A stretch of DNA of 48,873 nt from Gemmatimonadales bacterium (GCA_036566495.1 DATCWE010000043.1:1-48873), one strand, 5' to 3'. Positions 26,811-35,392 are shown, numbered from the stretch's first letter. The notes: generated by a model from the sequence alone, not told the origin. Program-made: numbers and translations.

Positions 26811-28315
26811 AGCTCTCCCGCGCCTTCCTGCTGGTGGCCCTGGGCCTCGCCGTTCGTCCGGCGGGGGCCTCCATGCGGCCGGCGCCAGCCCGGGAGGATC
26901 GCTCGATCCAGGCGCAGCTCGATGCGTGGTTCGCCCGCGCCTCCCGAGCGGCGCCGGGCACTTGGGGCATCGCGGTAGCGACAGTCGACGGGCAACTCAT
27001 CTGGGGTGTGCAGCCCAGCCTTTCGATGGTTCCGGCGTCGACGGTCAAGCTTTTTACCACCGGCTTTGCGCGCAGCGTCGTGGGTGGAGATGCCCGGCGG
27101 CTCACCCGTGTCGTTGGAAACGGTCACGTCGATCCCCAAACGGGGACATGGATCGGGTCCTGGGCGCTGGAGCTCAACGGCGATCCGACCCTCGAGCGGC
27201 AAACGCGCGGCGGGCCCAGTCTGAGCGAGCTGGCCTTCCAGCTCTATCAATCCGGCATTCGTCGCCTGGTGGGTCCATTCAGTGTGGTCAGTGAAGCCGG
27301 TGAGGCCAGGGCGACGTATCCGGATGCCTGGAGCCCGCGCCACCGGGGCCGTCTCTTTGCCCCCCTGATCGGCTCGCTGACCCTCAACGAGAATCTGCTC
27401 AGCTTCGCCATCGCGCCGGGTGCGGCGCCCGGTCGATCACCCACGGTGGTTTCCGAGTCTCCTTCGGGCGTAGGAGAGCTGGTCGACATCCGGGCCAGGA
27501 CGGTGGCGGGGCGACGCGCGCGACTGCACTTCGAGCGCGCGGCCGGCGGCCGGTACATCGTGACCGGCACGATCGGGACCCGGGCGCGCACCAAATGGTT
27601 CACCTCCACGGCACCCGATCCCCGGGCTCTGCTCGAGGCGACCTGGTCTCGCGCGCTGCGCGATGCCGGTATCGAGTGGATCCGCGCCAGCGGTCTCTTG
27701 GCTCCGGTCAGCCTCGTCACCCAGTCCGTGCTGGCCCAGGTCAGCTCGGAGCCGTTCGACTCCATCGCCAGTGAGGTCAACCGCCGCAGTCTCAACATCG
27801 GGGCGGAGCTGATGCTACGCTGGGCCGCGGGAGAGGATCATCCCGCTGATCGACTGACCGCGCACGTGCAGCAGATCACCGGCGAGCAGTCGGGCATCCG
27901 TCTCGTCGATGGCAGCGGACTCTCCCACGAAGACCGGGTCACCCCGCTGGCCTTCATTGCGTACCTGGCCCGCTTTCCGCTTTCGCCTGCGGGTCGCGGG
28001 TTCTCGCAGCTTCTGCCTACCAATGGAGTCGGAACTCTGCGCAAGCTGGGGCGCGGTATGCCCGGCCCGGGGATCGTGCGTGCCAAGACCGGCACGCTGG
28101 GCGACGTCGCGACCTTGACCGGCTACCTGGGTCGTTCGGATGGCGTGCTGGTTATTTCGCTCATGTATAACGGCTCGGGCGTCTGGTCCGCCCGCCAGCA
28201 GCAGTGGAAACTGTTCCGGCTGCTGGGCGCCGAGGGCGTGATCATTCCGGACGACAGCATCAGCGCGGGCGCCCAGCTGGGCGGAGAGGATCGCGACCGG
28301 CGACCGGTGCCGTAG
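26807..28315 (+). CDS. dacB: D-alanyl-D-alanine carboxypeptidase/endopeptidase, PBP4 (peptidase S13) family
   Basis: Signal peptide, SxxK as PASTVKL, DGSGLS, and KTG as AKTGTL. Length is about 500 aa. ATG 26807 overlaps the ACAD stop (ATGA). Confidence 0.8.
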   Translation: MKLSRAFLLVALGLAVRPAGASMRPAPAREDRSIQAQLDAWFARASRAAPGTWGIAVATVDGQLIWGVQPSLSMVPASTVKLFTTGFARSVVGGDARRLTRVVGNGHVDPQTGTWIGSWALELNGDPTLERQTRGGPSLSELAFQLYQSGIRRLVGPFSVVSEAGEARATYPDAWSPRHRGRLFAPLIGSLTLNENLLSFAIAPGAAPGRSPTVVSESPSGVGELVDIRARTVAGRRARLHFERAAGGRYIVTGTIGTRARTKWFTSTAPDPRALLEATWSRALRDAGIEWIRASGLLAPVSLVTQSVLAQVSSEPFDSIASEVNRRSLNIGAELMLRWAAGEDHPADRLTAHVQQITGEQSGIRLVDGSGLSHEDRVTPLAFIAYLARFPLSPAGRGFSQLLPTNGVGTLRKLGRGMPGPGIVRAKTGTLGDVATLTGYLGRSDGVLVISLMYNGSGVWSARQQQWKLFRLLGAEGVIIPDDSISAGAQLGGEDRDRRPVP

Positions 28316-28323
28316 CCGTCCGA

Positions 28324-28743
28324 ATGCCCTCCCGGCCAGCACCGCCTGCCAGCTCTGCCGCCCGCACTCTGCACTCCTTTCTGATCGCCAGTACGCTCAT
28401 CGTGTGCATCGGCGCCTTCGTCGCGGCGCGCAGCAGTGGCCCGCTGCGCAGCGGCATCGCCCCTATCGACTATCTCGCCCTGGTGCTCGGAGCCGCTGCG
28501 TTGCTCGGCTTCCCAAGGCTCCGCGAGCGGCTTCCGCCGCGCGCCGTGGGACAGAGCGTGGACGAGTGGTGGGGCGGGCAGCTCGGGCGAGCCGTGCTAC
28601 TGTGGGCGTTGCTGGAGTTTTCCGCCATGGTAGGGGCGGCCGCCTTGCTGATAACTCGGCAACCGTGGGGCTCCACCGCGCTGGCCGCGCTGGCCGTCGC
28701 CGGATTATTGTGGTTCTCGCCGACCCGGCTGGCCGGCAGGTGA
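28324..28743 (+). CDS. Hypothetical membrane protein (139 aa, four hydrophobic segments)
   Basis: An internal Met of the track ORF lies 9 nt after the dacB stop. Hydrophobic helices include FLIASTLIVCIGAFV, LALVLGAAALLGF and VLLWALLEFSAMVGAAALL. Confidence 0.5.
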   Translation: MPSRPAPPASSAARTLHSFLIASTLIVCIGAFVAARSSGPLRSGIAPIDYLALVLGAAALLGFPRLRERLPPRAVGQSVDEWWGGQLGRAVLLWALLEFSAMVGAAALLITRQPWGSTALAALAVAGLLWFSPTRLAGR

Positions 28744-28759
28744 GATAAGCAGGGCAGGG

Positions 28760-28788
28760 TTGAAATTCGCCCCCCTTTGTGCTACTTT
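28760..28788 (+). promoter_or_regulatory. Promoter candidate for the cold-shock gene (TTGAAA-17 nt-TACTTT)
   Basis: TTGAAA at 28760-28765, 17 nt of spacer, then TACTTT at 28783-28788. This would give a 5' UTR of about 210 nt. Confidence 0.3.
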
Positions 28789-29007
28789 GGTGCGTGCCGA
28801 ACAGGCCAGGTGGCATGTTCGAGCAGGCTTCGGGAACGATGCATGGGGGGTCGCTCTCATTGCGGCCCCCTTCGTTCGTTCAGCCGCTCCTCTCGGATAG
28901 TCCGAGGTTTCGGTGAGGCCCCCCGCGCGAGGGGACATATCGCGATTCACATGTAGTCGGTTAGTACCTTTCCGGGACTCCGATTACAAACACAACAGGA
29001 GTAGGAA

Positions 29008-29220
29008 ATGCGTACGACCGGCACGGTGAAGTGGTTCAATGATGCCAAGGGGTTCGGTTTTATCACCCCGGAGAACGGCGAGAAGGACTGCTTCGTCCAT
29101 CACTCGGCGATTCAGGACAAGGGCTTCCGCTCACTCGCCGAAGGCGAGCGCGTGGAGTTCACCATCGTCCAGGGCCAGAAGGGCCCGGCGGCGGAGAACG
29201 TCGTCAAGATCGCCAAGTAA
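29008..29220 (+). CDS. cspA: Cold-shock protein (CspA family)
   Basis: [15 protein letters not shown] (RNP-1) and DCFVHHSAI (RNP-2). AGGAG Shine-Dalgarno. 70 aa. Confidence 0.95.
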   Translation: MRTTGTVKWFNDAKGFGFITPENGEKDCFVHHSAIQDKGFRSLAEGERVEFTIVQGQKGPAAENVVKIAK

Positions 29221-29227
29221 GCCAGCC

Positions 29228-29249
29228 GAGCGGCCCTTCGGGGCCGCTC
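29228..29249 (+). terminator. Stem-loop after csp (9-bp GC stem, TTCG tetraloop)
   Basis: GAGCGGCCC-TTCG-GGGCCGCTC begins 8 nt after the stop. The downstream T-tract is weak (GTTGCACTATC). Confidence 0.55.
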
Positions 29250-29257
29250 GTTGCACT

Positions 29258-29291
29258 ATCGGCCGGCTCGACGGAAGTCGGGCCGGCCGAT
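29258..29291 (+). other. Very stable 15-bp hairpin with GGAA tetraloop in the rpsU upstream region
   Basis: ATCGGCCGGCTCGAC-GGAA-GTCGGGCCGGCCGAT has 14 Watson-Crick pairs plus one T-G wobble. It ends 27 nt before the rpsU ATG and has no U-tract. Confidence 0.6.
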
Positions 29292-29318
29292 GCCGCATCC
29301 TCAGCGAGGGAGAGTTGC

Positions 29319-29507
29319 ATGATTGAAGTGACGATCGGCGAGGGCGACCGGCTCGACGGCGCACTCAAAGCGTTCAAGAAGAAGGTCATCAAGGCCGGGA
29401 TCCTGAAGGATCTTCGCGCCAAGCGGCACTATCTCAAGCCGAGCGAGGCGCGGAAGCTCAAGTCCGCGGCGGCGCGGCGGCGCAAGCGGAAGGCCGCGCG
29501 CTTCTAG
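29319..29507 (+). CDS. rpsU: 30S ribosomal protein S21
   Basis: 62 aa. LKAFKKKV, KRHYLKPSE and a basic C-terminal tail. GAGGGAGAG Shine-Dalgarno. Confidence 0.9.
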   Translation: MIEVTIGEGDRLDGALKAFKKKVIKAGILKDLRAKRHYLKPSEARKLKSAAARRRKRKAARF

Positions 29508-29558
29508 CCGAATTCCGGTGGAGCGATAGTTTCCGCAATCCGACGAGAGCTCCCCCCA

Positions 29559-31730
29559 ATGCAAGACCTGAAGGACCGACTCGAGACCGCGCTGGCCGGC
29601 CGTTATGCGGTCGAGCGCGAGATCGGCCGGGGCGGCATGGCGACGGTGTACCTGGCGCAGGATCTCAAGCATCGCCGCCCCGTCGCCGTCAAGATCCTGC
29701 ATCCCCACATCGCCGCGCAGCTCGGCACCGATCGCTTTCTCCGCGAAATCCAGATCGCCGCACGGCTCAGCCACCCGCACATCCTGACCCTGATCGACTC
29801 CGGCGAGGCGGGCGGCCTGCTCTACTACATCATGCCCTTCGTGCAGGGCGAATCGCTGCGCGACCGCATGGTTCGAGGCAGGCTTCCGATGGAGGAAGCC
29901 CTCCAGATCGCGCGACACGTGGCGAGCGCGCTGGGCTATGCCCATAACCAGGGCGTGGTTCACCGGGACATCAAGCCCGAAAACGTGATGCTGCACGAGG
30001 GCGAGGCGATGGTCACCGATTTCGGGATCGCCAAAGCGTTGAGCGCGGCCGGCAACGAGAATCTGACCCAAACTGGATCGACGGTGGGAACCCCGGCCTA
30101 CATGAGCCCGGAGCAGGCGTCGGGGGAGGCCGATCTGGACGGGCGCAGCGATCTCTACAGCCTCGGGTGCATGGCCTATGAGATGCTCGCCGGAGTGCCG
30201 CCCTTCACGGGCTCCAACGCCCAGGCGATCATCATGAAACGATTCGCCGAGGCCCCGCCACCGCTGCGGTCCGCCAGTCCCGCGGTGCCCGAGACCGTGG
30301 AGCGCGCGATTGCCCGCGCCATGGAACGCCAGCCGGCCGACCGCTTCGCCACCACGCTGCAGTTTGCCCAGGCGCTGGCGGTTCCGGGCATTCCGACCAC
30401 GCCGTCGGGGCCCCGGCCGGTTACCGCGAGCCTGCCCGCGGCGCCCAAAGCCAAATCGGTCGCGGTGCTGCCTTTCGTGGACATGAGCCCGGAGAAGGAT
30501 CAGGACTATTTCACCGACGGCATGGCGGAAGAAATCATCAACGCGTTAAGCAAGATCCCGGCACTGCGGGTGGCCTCGCGGTCCTCCTCCTTCGCCTTCA
30601 AGGGGAAGAGTCAGGACATCCGCACGGTGGGGGAACAGCTGGGAGTGAGCACCGTGCTCGAGGGCAGCGTCCGCAAGGCGGGAAGCCGGCTGCGCATTAC
30701 CGCACAGCTCGTCAACGTCGCAGACGGCTATCACCTCTGGTCCGACCGCTACGACCGGCAGATGGAGGACGTGTTCGCGGTGCAGGACGAAATCGCCGAG
30801 AACATCGTGAAGGCGCTGCGCGTGGTCCTGAGCGAAGACGCGAAGCGCGCCATCGAACAAGCCCGGCCAGAGAATGTCCAGGCCTACGAGTACTACCTCC
30901 GCGCCAGGCAATTTCAGCATCAGCACCGGGAGAAGAGCCTGCAGTTTTCCCGGCGCATGTTTCAACGAGCCGCCGAAGTGGACCCGACCTTTGCGCGCGC
31001 CTACGCCGGCATGGCCGACTGCAGCTCGATGCTCTACCGCTGGTGGGACCGCAGCGACGCCAATCTCAGCCAGGCGGAGAGTGCCAGCCAGAAGGCCCTG
31101 GAGCTCGCTCCCGACCTGGCCGAGGCTCACGCCTCGCGGGGACTGGCCCTCACGCTGCGGAAACGTTACGGCGAGGCCGAGGCGGAGTTCGAGATGGCCA
31201 TCAAGCTCGATCCGGCGCTCTTCGAGGCCTACTATTTCTACGCCCGCGCCTGCTTCGAGCAGGGCAAGCTGGAGCCGGCCGCTCGGTGGTTCGAGAAGGC
31301 GAGCGAGGTTCGTTCGGAGGACTTCCAGGCCCTGGGACTGCTCTCCCAGGTCTATGCCGGCCTCGGACGCAAGGCGGAAGAGGAAAACGCCCGGCGTCGT
31401 ACGGTCGCGAAGGTCGAAAAGCATCTCGAGCTGTATCCCGACGACGCGCGCGCTCTCTATTTCGGCGCCGGTGACGTCGGCATGATGGGGGACAAGCCGC
31501 GAGCGATCGAATGGCTCGAGCGGGCCCTCGCGGTGGACCCGGGAGACTCGGGCGTGCTCTACAACGTCGGCTGCGTGTACGCACTCATCGGCGAGGCCGA
31601 CAAGGCGCTCGACTGTCTGGAGCAGGCCGTGTTGCGCGGATATGCCTACCGGGAATGGATCGAGAACGACTCGGATCTCCAGTCACTCCGCGAGCACCCC
31701 CGCTTCAAGAAGGTTCTCGCGAGCCTTTAG
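29559..31730 (+). CDS. Ser/Thr protein kinase with a central TolB-N-like module and C-terminal TPR repeats
   Basis: GRGGMATVYLA, VAVK, HRDIKPENV, DFGIA, GTPAYMSPE. Then AVLPFVDMSPEKDQDYFTDGMAEEIINAL, followed by several TPR-like repeats (AYYFYARACFEQGKLEPA and others). Confidence 0.9.
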   Translation: MQDLKDRLETALAGRYAVEREIGRGGMATVYLAQDLKHRRPVAVKILHPHIAAQLGTDRFLREIQIAARLSHPHILTLIDSGEAGGLLYYIMPFVQGESLRDRMVRGRLPMEEALQIARHVASALGYAHNQGVVHRDIKPENVMLHEGEAMVTDFGIAKALSAAGNENLTQTGSTVGTPAYMSPEQASGEADLDGRSDLYSLGCMAYEMLAGVPPFTGSNAQAIIMKRFAEAPPPLRSASPAVPETVERAIARAMERQPADRFATTLQFAQALAVPGIPTTPSGPRPVTASLPAAPKAKSVAVLPFVDMSPEKDQDYFTDGMAEEIINALSKIPALRVASRSSSFAFKGKSQDIRTVGEQLGVSTVLEGSVRKAGSRLRITAQLVNVADGYHLWSDRYDRQMEDVFAVQDEIAENIVKALRVVLSEDAKRAIEQARPENVQAYEYYLRARQFQHQHREKSLQFSRRMFQRAAEVDPTFARAYAGMADCSSMLYRWWDRSDANLSQAESASQKALELAPDLAEAHASRGLALTLRKRYGEAEAEFEMAIKLDPALFEAYYFYARACFEQGKLEPAARWFEKASEVRSEDFQALGLLSQVYAGLGRKAEEENARRRTVAKVEKHLELYPDDARALYFGAGDVGMMGDKPRAIEWLERALAVDPGDSGVLYNVGCVYALIGEADKALDCLEQAVLRGYAYREWIENDSDLQSLREHPRFKKVLASL

Positions 31731-32095
31731 CCTTCCGCCGGGGCGCTGTCGTCCCACAGCGCGAAGATGTTGGCTTCGGGATCGGCGATCATCGCCATCA
31801 CGCCCCATTCCATCCGGGTCGGCTCGCTGACGAAGCGGACGCCGCGCTCGTGCAGCACACCGCAGAAATGCAGCAGCCCCGGGACGTAGAATGTGATCCC
31901 GGTGTGCCGCCCCACCAGCGCCTTGGCGTTGGGGTGGACCGCTGGATGCACCCCCACATGCGGCGGCTCCAGAAACAATTCCAGGCCGAAGCTGCCCTGC
32001 TGGTGCACCGGCAGTCCGAGGGTGTCGCGGTAGAACTCCGTCGCGCGGTCCAGGTTGTTGACGAAGATGGCGAAGGAATGGACGCGCTCGATCAC
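31727..32095 (-). CDS. VOC/glyoxalase-family protein
   Basis: HSFAIFVNNLDRATEFYRDTLGL ... the C-terminal FALWDD pattern fits the glyoxalase/bleomycin-resistance fold. GTG 32095 overlaps the queG stop (GTGA). The stop region overlaps the kinase stop on the other strand. Confidence 0.7.
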   Translation of the reverse strand: MIERVHSFAIFVNNLDRATEFYRDTLGLPVHQQGSFGLELFLEPPHVGVHPAVHPNAKALVGRHTGITFYVPGLLHFCGVLHERGVRFVSEPTRMEWGVMAMIADPEANIFALWDDSAPAEG

Positions 32096-33036
32096 GGAAG
32101 CTCCTCGAGACTGTGGAAGGCCGCCGCCCAATTGCGCCGCATCCCGGCGAGTCCGGGGCGCTCCAGGGGCGTATCGGCGAATCGCCGGGTGAATTCCGCC
32201 TCGTCCAGCCGTTCGAAGAACGCCGGATCTTCGCTGGCGACGGCGGCGCGGTCCTGGTACTCCGGGGTCGCCGTCGCCGCGGCGAAGCGCATATTCCAGG
32301 GACAGACGTCGTTGCAGACATCGCAGCCGAACGCCCAGCCCTCCAGCTTTCCCGCCAGGGGGTCGGGAATCGGGCGCCGGGATTCGATGGTGAGATAGGC
32401 AATGCACCGGGTCGCATCGAGCAGGCGCGGCTCGATGAACGCCTGGGTCGGACAAGCGTCCAGGCAGCGGGTACAGCTGCCGCAGCGGTCGTAGTCCTCC
32501 GCGCGCGTGGCCTCGAGAGCGAGGTCGGTGAAGACGGTACCGATGAAGCAGTAGGAGCCGGACTCGGGCCGGATCAGCATGGTGTTCTTGCCGATCCAAC
32601 CCAGCCCGGCGCGCTGCGCCAGCTCGCGCTCGGGCACCGGCCCGGCGTCAACCCAGGATTCGGCGATGCTCGCTCCGTGGGCGCGCAGCCATTCGGCCAG
32701 CAGGCCAAGCCGGCGCCGGAAGGCCGTGTGGTAATCGGTGCCCCGGGCGTACTTGGCGATCTTTACGGCGCGGCCCTGCGCCCTGACCCCCGACCCCTGA
32801 TCCCTGGGCAAGTAATTCTCGAGCACCACCACCGCCGCGCTCGCCCCCGCGACGATCGTCGCGGGAAGCTTCCGCTTCTTGGCCTGGCGATGCAGGTAGC
32901 GCATGCTTCCCGCATAACCCGCACCCAGCCAGCGGTCGAGCGCCTCCCCGTGCCGGCTCGGCTCGAGGGAAGCAACCCCACACGCCAGGAACCCGAGCTG
33001 ACGGGCGTAGGCCTCCACCGCGGCGACGGCACTCAC
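32092..33036 (-). CDS. queG: Epoxyqueuosine reductase
   Basis: GLGWIGKNTMLI, and two 4Fe-4S motifs CGSCTRCLDACP and CDVCNDVCPWN. GTG 33036 overlaps the ndh stop (GTGA). Track ORF trimmed. Confidence 0.85.
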   Translation of the reverse strand: MSAVAAVEAYARQLGFLACGVASLEPSRHGEALDRWLGAGYAGSMRYLHRQAKKRKLPATIVAGASAAVVVLENYLPRDQGSGVRAQGRAVKIAKYARGTDYHTAFRRRLGLLAEWLRAHGASIAESWVDAGPVPERELAQRAGLGWIGKNTMLIRPESGSYCFIGTVFTDLALEATRAEDYDRCGSCTRCLDACPTQAFIEPRLLDATRCIAYLTIESRRPIPDPLAGKLEGWAFGCDVCNDVCPWNMRFAAATATPEYQDRAAVASEDPAFFERLDEAEFTRRFADTPLERPGLAGMRRNWAAAFHSLEELP

Positions 33037-34289
33037 CCCTGCGGCCTCCAGTCGCCCGTGATGACCCGGGCGCCGCGCTGAAAGGTCAGGTACGACCAGG
33101 CCCATTCGAACATCACGATGACCCGATTGCGAAAACCGATCAGGAAGAAGATGTGGACGAAGACCCACAGCAGCCATGCCGGCAGGCCCCAGGCTTTGAC
33201 CTGGCGAAGATCGGCGACCGCATGGCCGCGCCCGATCACCGCGAGCTGTCCTTTGTTGTGGTAGCGGAACGGGTCCCGGCGCCGGCCGGCCAGGTCGTTC
33301 CGGATCGCCCGAGCGACATAGCGCCCCATCTGAATCGCCGCGGGACAGATCCAGGGCACCATGGGGTATCCCGGTTGATGGGGGTACGCGGCGGCATCAC
33401 CCAGGACAAAAACCTCCGGATGCCCCGGGACGGTGCAATCGGGCTCGACCACCACCCTGCCCTGGCCGTCGAGCGGAGTGCCCAACGTCCGGAGCAGCGG
33501 GCTGGCCTGGTTGCCCGCCGCCCAGATGACGGTGTCGGTCGGAATGGTCCAGCCCGCGGCGTGCACGAAGCCGGGCTCGATCCGGGTCACCAGCGCCTCG
33601 GTGCGCACGTCGACGCCGAGCCGGCGCAGCTGCTGCTTGGCGCGATCGGAAAGCTTCGGCGGGTAGGTGGAGAGGAGCCGCGGACCTCCCTCGAGCAGGA
33701 GGATCGACGCGTCGCGAGGGTCGATGCGCCGGAAATCCCGCCGCAAAGCGAAGCGGGCAACCTCGGCGATGGCCCCGGCCACTTCGACGCCGGTGGGGCC
33801 GCCGCCGATCACCACAAAGGTGAGGTGCCGTTGCCGCACGACGGGGTCGGGCTCGCGTTCGGCTCGCTCGAAGGCCAGCAGAATGCGGCGGCGGACCTCC
33901 CCGGCGTCCTCGAGATTCTTGAGTCCCGGGGCGAGCGACTCCCACTCGGGATGGGCGAAATAGGAATGCCGCGCGCCCGGCGCCAACACGAGATAGTCAT
34001 AGGCAATCCGGCTTCCATCGGACAGCTCGACGGAGCGGGCCGCGAGATCCGTCCCGACGACCTCTCCCAGCAGCACTTCCGTGTTGGACTGCCTGCGCAA
34101 CACCGACCGGATCGGGGAGGAGATATCGGGGGCGGCGAGGGCGGCCGTCGCCACCTGATACAGCATCGGCTGGAAAAGATGGTGGTTGGTGCGATCGACC
34201 AATGTCGCCCGCACCGCCACCCGCGCCAGGTCGCGCGCGAGGTACAGTCCCGCAAAGCCTCCGCCGACGATAACGACGTGCGGCGTCAC
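33033..34289 (-). CDS. ndh: Type II NADH dehydrogenase (NDH-2)
   Basis: VVIVGGGFAGL, HLFQPMLYQVA, a second dinucleotide motif VVIGGGPTGVE, and a C-terminal amphipathic/hydrophobic tail. The GTG start overlaps the upstream stop. Confidence 0.9.
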   Translation of the reverse strand: MTPHVVIVGGGFAGLYLARDLARVAVRATLVDRTNHHLFQPMLYQVATAALAAPDISSPIRSVLRRQSNTEVLLGEVVGTDLAARSVELSDGSRIAYDYLVLAPGARHSYFAHPEWESLAPGLKNLEDAGEVRRRILLAFERAEREPDPVVRQRHLTFVVIGGGPTGVEVAGAIAEVARFALRRDFRRIDPRDASILLLEGGPRLLSTYPPKLSDRAKQQLRRLGVDVRTEALVTRIEPGFVHAAGWTIPTDTVIWAAGNQASPLLRTLGTPLDGQGRVVVEPDCTVPGHPEVFVLGDAAAYPHQPGYPMVPWICPAAIQMGRYVARAIRNDLAGRRRDPFRYHNKGQLAVIGRGHAVADLRQVKAWGLPAWLLWVFVHIFFLIGFRNRVIVMFEWAWSYLTFQRGARVITGDWRPQG

Positions 34290-34546
34290 AAGTGCATCGT
34301 CTCCCTGCGCCAGCGCGCAAAGCCGATCACGTCCTCGAGCGGGGGGACGGCGGCCTCGTCACCATAGGCGGTGTACATGCGCCAGCGGAGATACTCGCGG
34401 TCGGGTAACGGGAAGAACGGGGCCACCCGCCACCAGTGGCGGCGGCGGAACGCCCAGGCGGTGCGGAGCAGGTCGATGGCCAGGCGCGGACGCACCGCGG
34501 CGCGCGCGCTGAGCCGGAGAGTGAGGGACAGCCAGGACGGGGGCAT
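34286..34546 (-). CDS. Hypothetical small basic protein (86 aa)
   Basis: ATG 34546 (internal Met of the track ORF). Trp/Arg-rich (WAFRRRHWWRVAPFFPLPDREYLRWRMYTAYGD). The stop overlaps the ndh GTG (GTGA). No obvious Shine-Dalgarno. Confidence 0.45.
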   Translation of the reverse strand: MPPSWLSLTLRLSARAAVRPRLAIDLLRTAWAFRRRHWWRVAPFFPLPDREYLRWRMYTAYGDEAAVPPLEDVIGFARWRRETMHL

Positions 34547-34557
34547 AGCTGGGGAAA

Positions 34558-34578
34558 AGCTAACAGCTAACAGCCAAC
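34558..34578. repeat. Three tandem heptamers AGCTAAC AGCTAAC AGCCAAC in a 48-nt divergent intergenic spacer
   Basis: Read directly at 34558-34564, 34565-34571 and 34572-34578. GGCTATATTC follows immediately. Confidence 0.9.
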
Positions 34579-34594
34579 GGCTATATTCTCCCTC

Positions 34595-35362
34595 GTGACC
34601 GACCGCCCACTCATCCATAGCGCCCCGCCCGCGGGCCCCACCGAAGACGAGGTCCTGCTTGGCACCGCGCCGCCCGAGCGCGGCGACGATCTCCGCAAGG
34701 GCGACCCCTGGCGGGTGTTCCGCATCATGGGGGAGTTCGTGGAAGGGTTCGAGCGCCTGGGTGATGTGACCGATGCCGTCACCTTCCTCGGATCAGCGCG
34801 CACCCTCCCGACCGATCCGCTGTACCAGCGCGCCACCGAAACGGCAAAGCTCCTGGCGCAGGCTGGCTACCCGATCATCACGGGTGGCGGGCCCGGCATC
34901 ATGGAGGCGGCCAATCGGGGGGCCGTGGAAGGAGGCGGGCTTTCCATCGGGGTGAACATCGAGCTGCCGCACGAGCAGGGCACCAACCCCTGGGTACGCC
35001 GCGGAGTGTTCTTCCGCTTCTTTTTCGTGCGCAAGATGATGCTGGCGCGTTATTCCCACGCGATGATCGCGTTCCCCGGCGGATACGGGACCCTCGATGA
35101 GCTGTTCGAGTATCTCACGCTCATGCAGACCGGCAAGATGTCGCTGCACCCGACCGTGCTCTTCGGCTCGGCGTACTGGGGTCCGCTGGTCGATTGGCTC
35201 CGGCAAACCGTGGCGGCGGAAGGCAAGGTCGATGCCGGGGATCTGGCGCTGTTTCGCGTCACCGACGATCCCGCCGAAGCCGCGAGCTTCATCACCGCGG
35301 CTCGCGGCCAGGCCAAGACCCGGCTGGTGCCGGGGACAGCGGCGCCTGCTCCCGCAGAGTAA
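34595..35362 (+). CDS. LOG-family (TIGR00730) nucleotide phosphoribohydrolase
   Basis: WRVFRIMGEFVEGFE, ITGGGPGIMEAANRGA, PGGYGTLDELFE. GTG start at 34595. Confidence 0.85.
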   Translation: MTDRPLIHSAPPAGPTEDEVLLGTAPPERGDDLRKGDPWRVFRIMGEFVEGFERLGDVTDAVTFLGSARTLPTDPLYQRATETAKLLAQAGYPIITGGGPGIMEAANRGAVEGGGLSIGVNIELPHEQGTNPWVRRGVFFRFFFVRKMMLARYSHAMIAFPGGYGTLDELFEYLTLMQTGKMSLHPTVLFGSAYWGPLVDWLRQTVAAEGKVDAGDLALFRVTDDPAEAASFITAARGQAKTRLVPGTAAPAPAE

Positions 35363-35392
35363 ACCCGCTCGGCGGGCTATATTCACCCGCCC

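Noticed and set aside
28705-28950. 81-aa minus-strand ORF inside the csp upstream region. Also 44940-45143 (-, 67 aa) and the 18-codon + strand ORF starting at ATG 44801
   Set aside because: None has a Shine-Dalgarno, a promoter context or protein-like composition. They lie in regions better explained as leaders or spacers.
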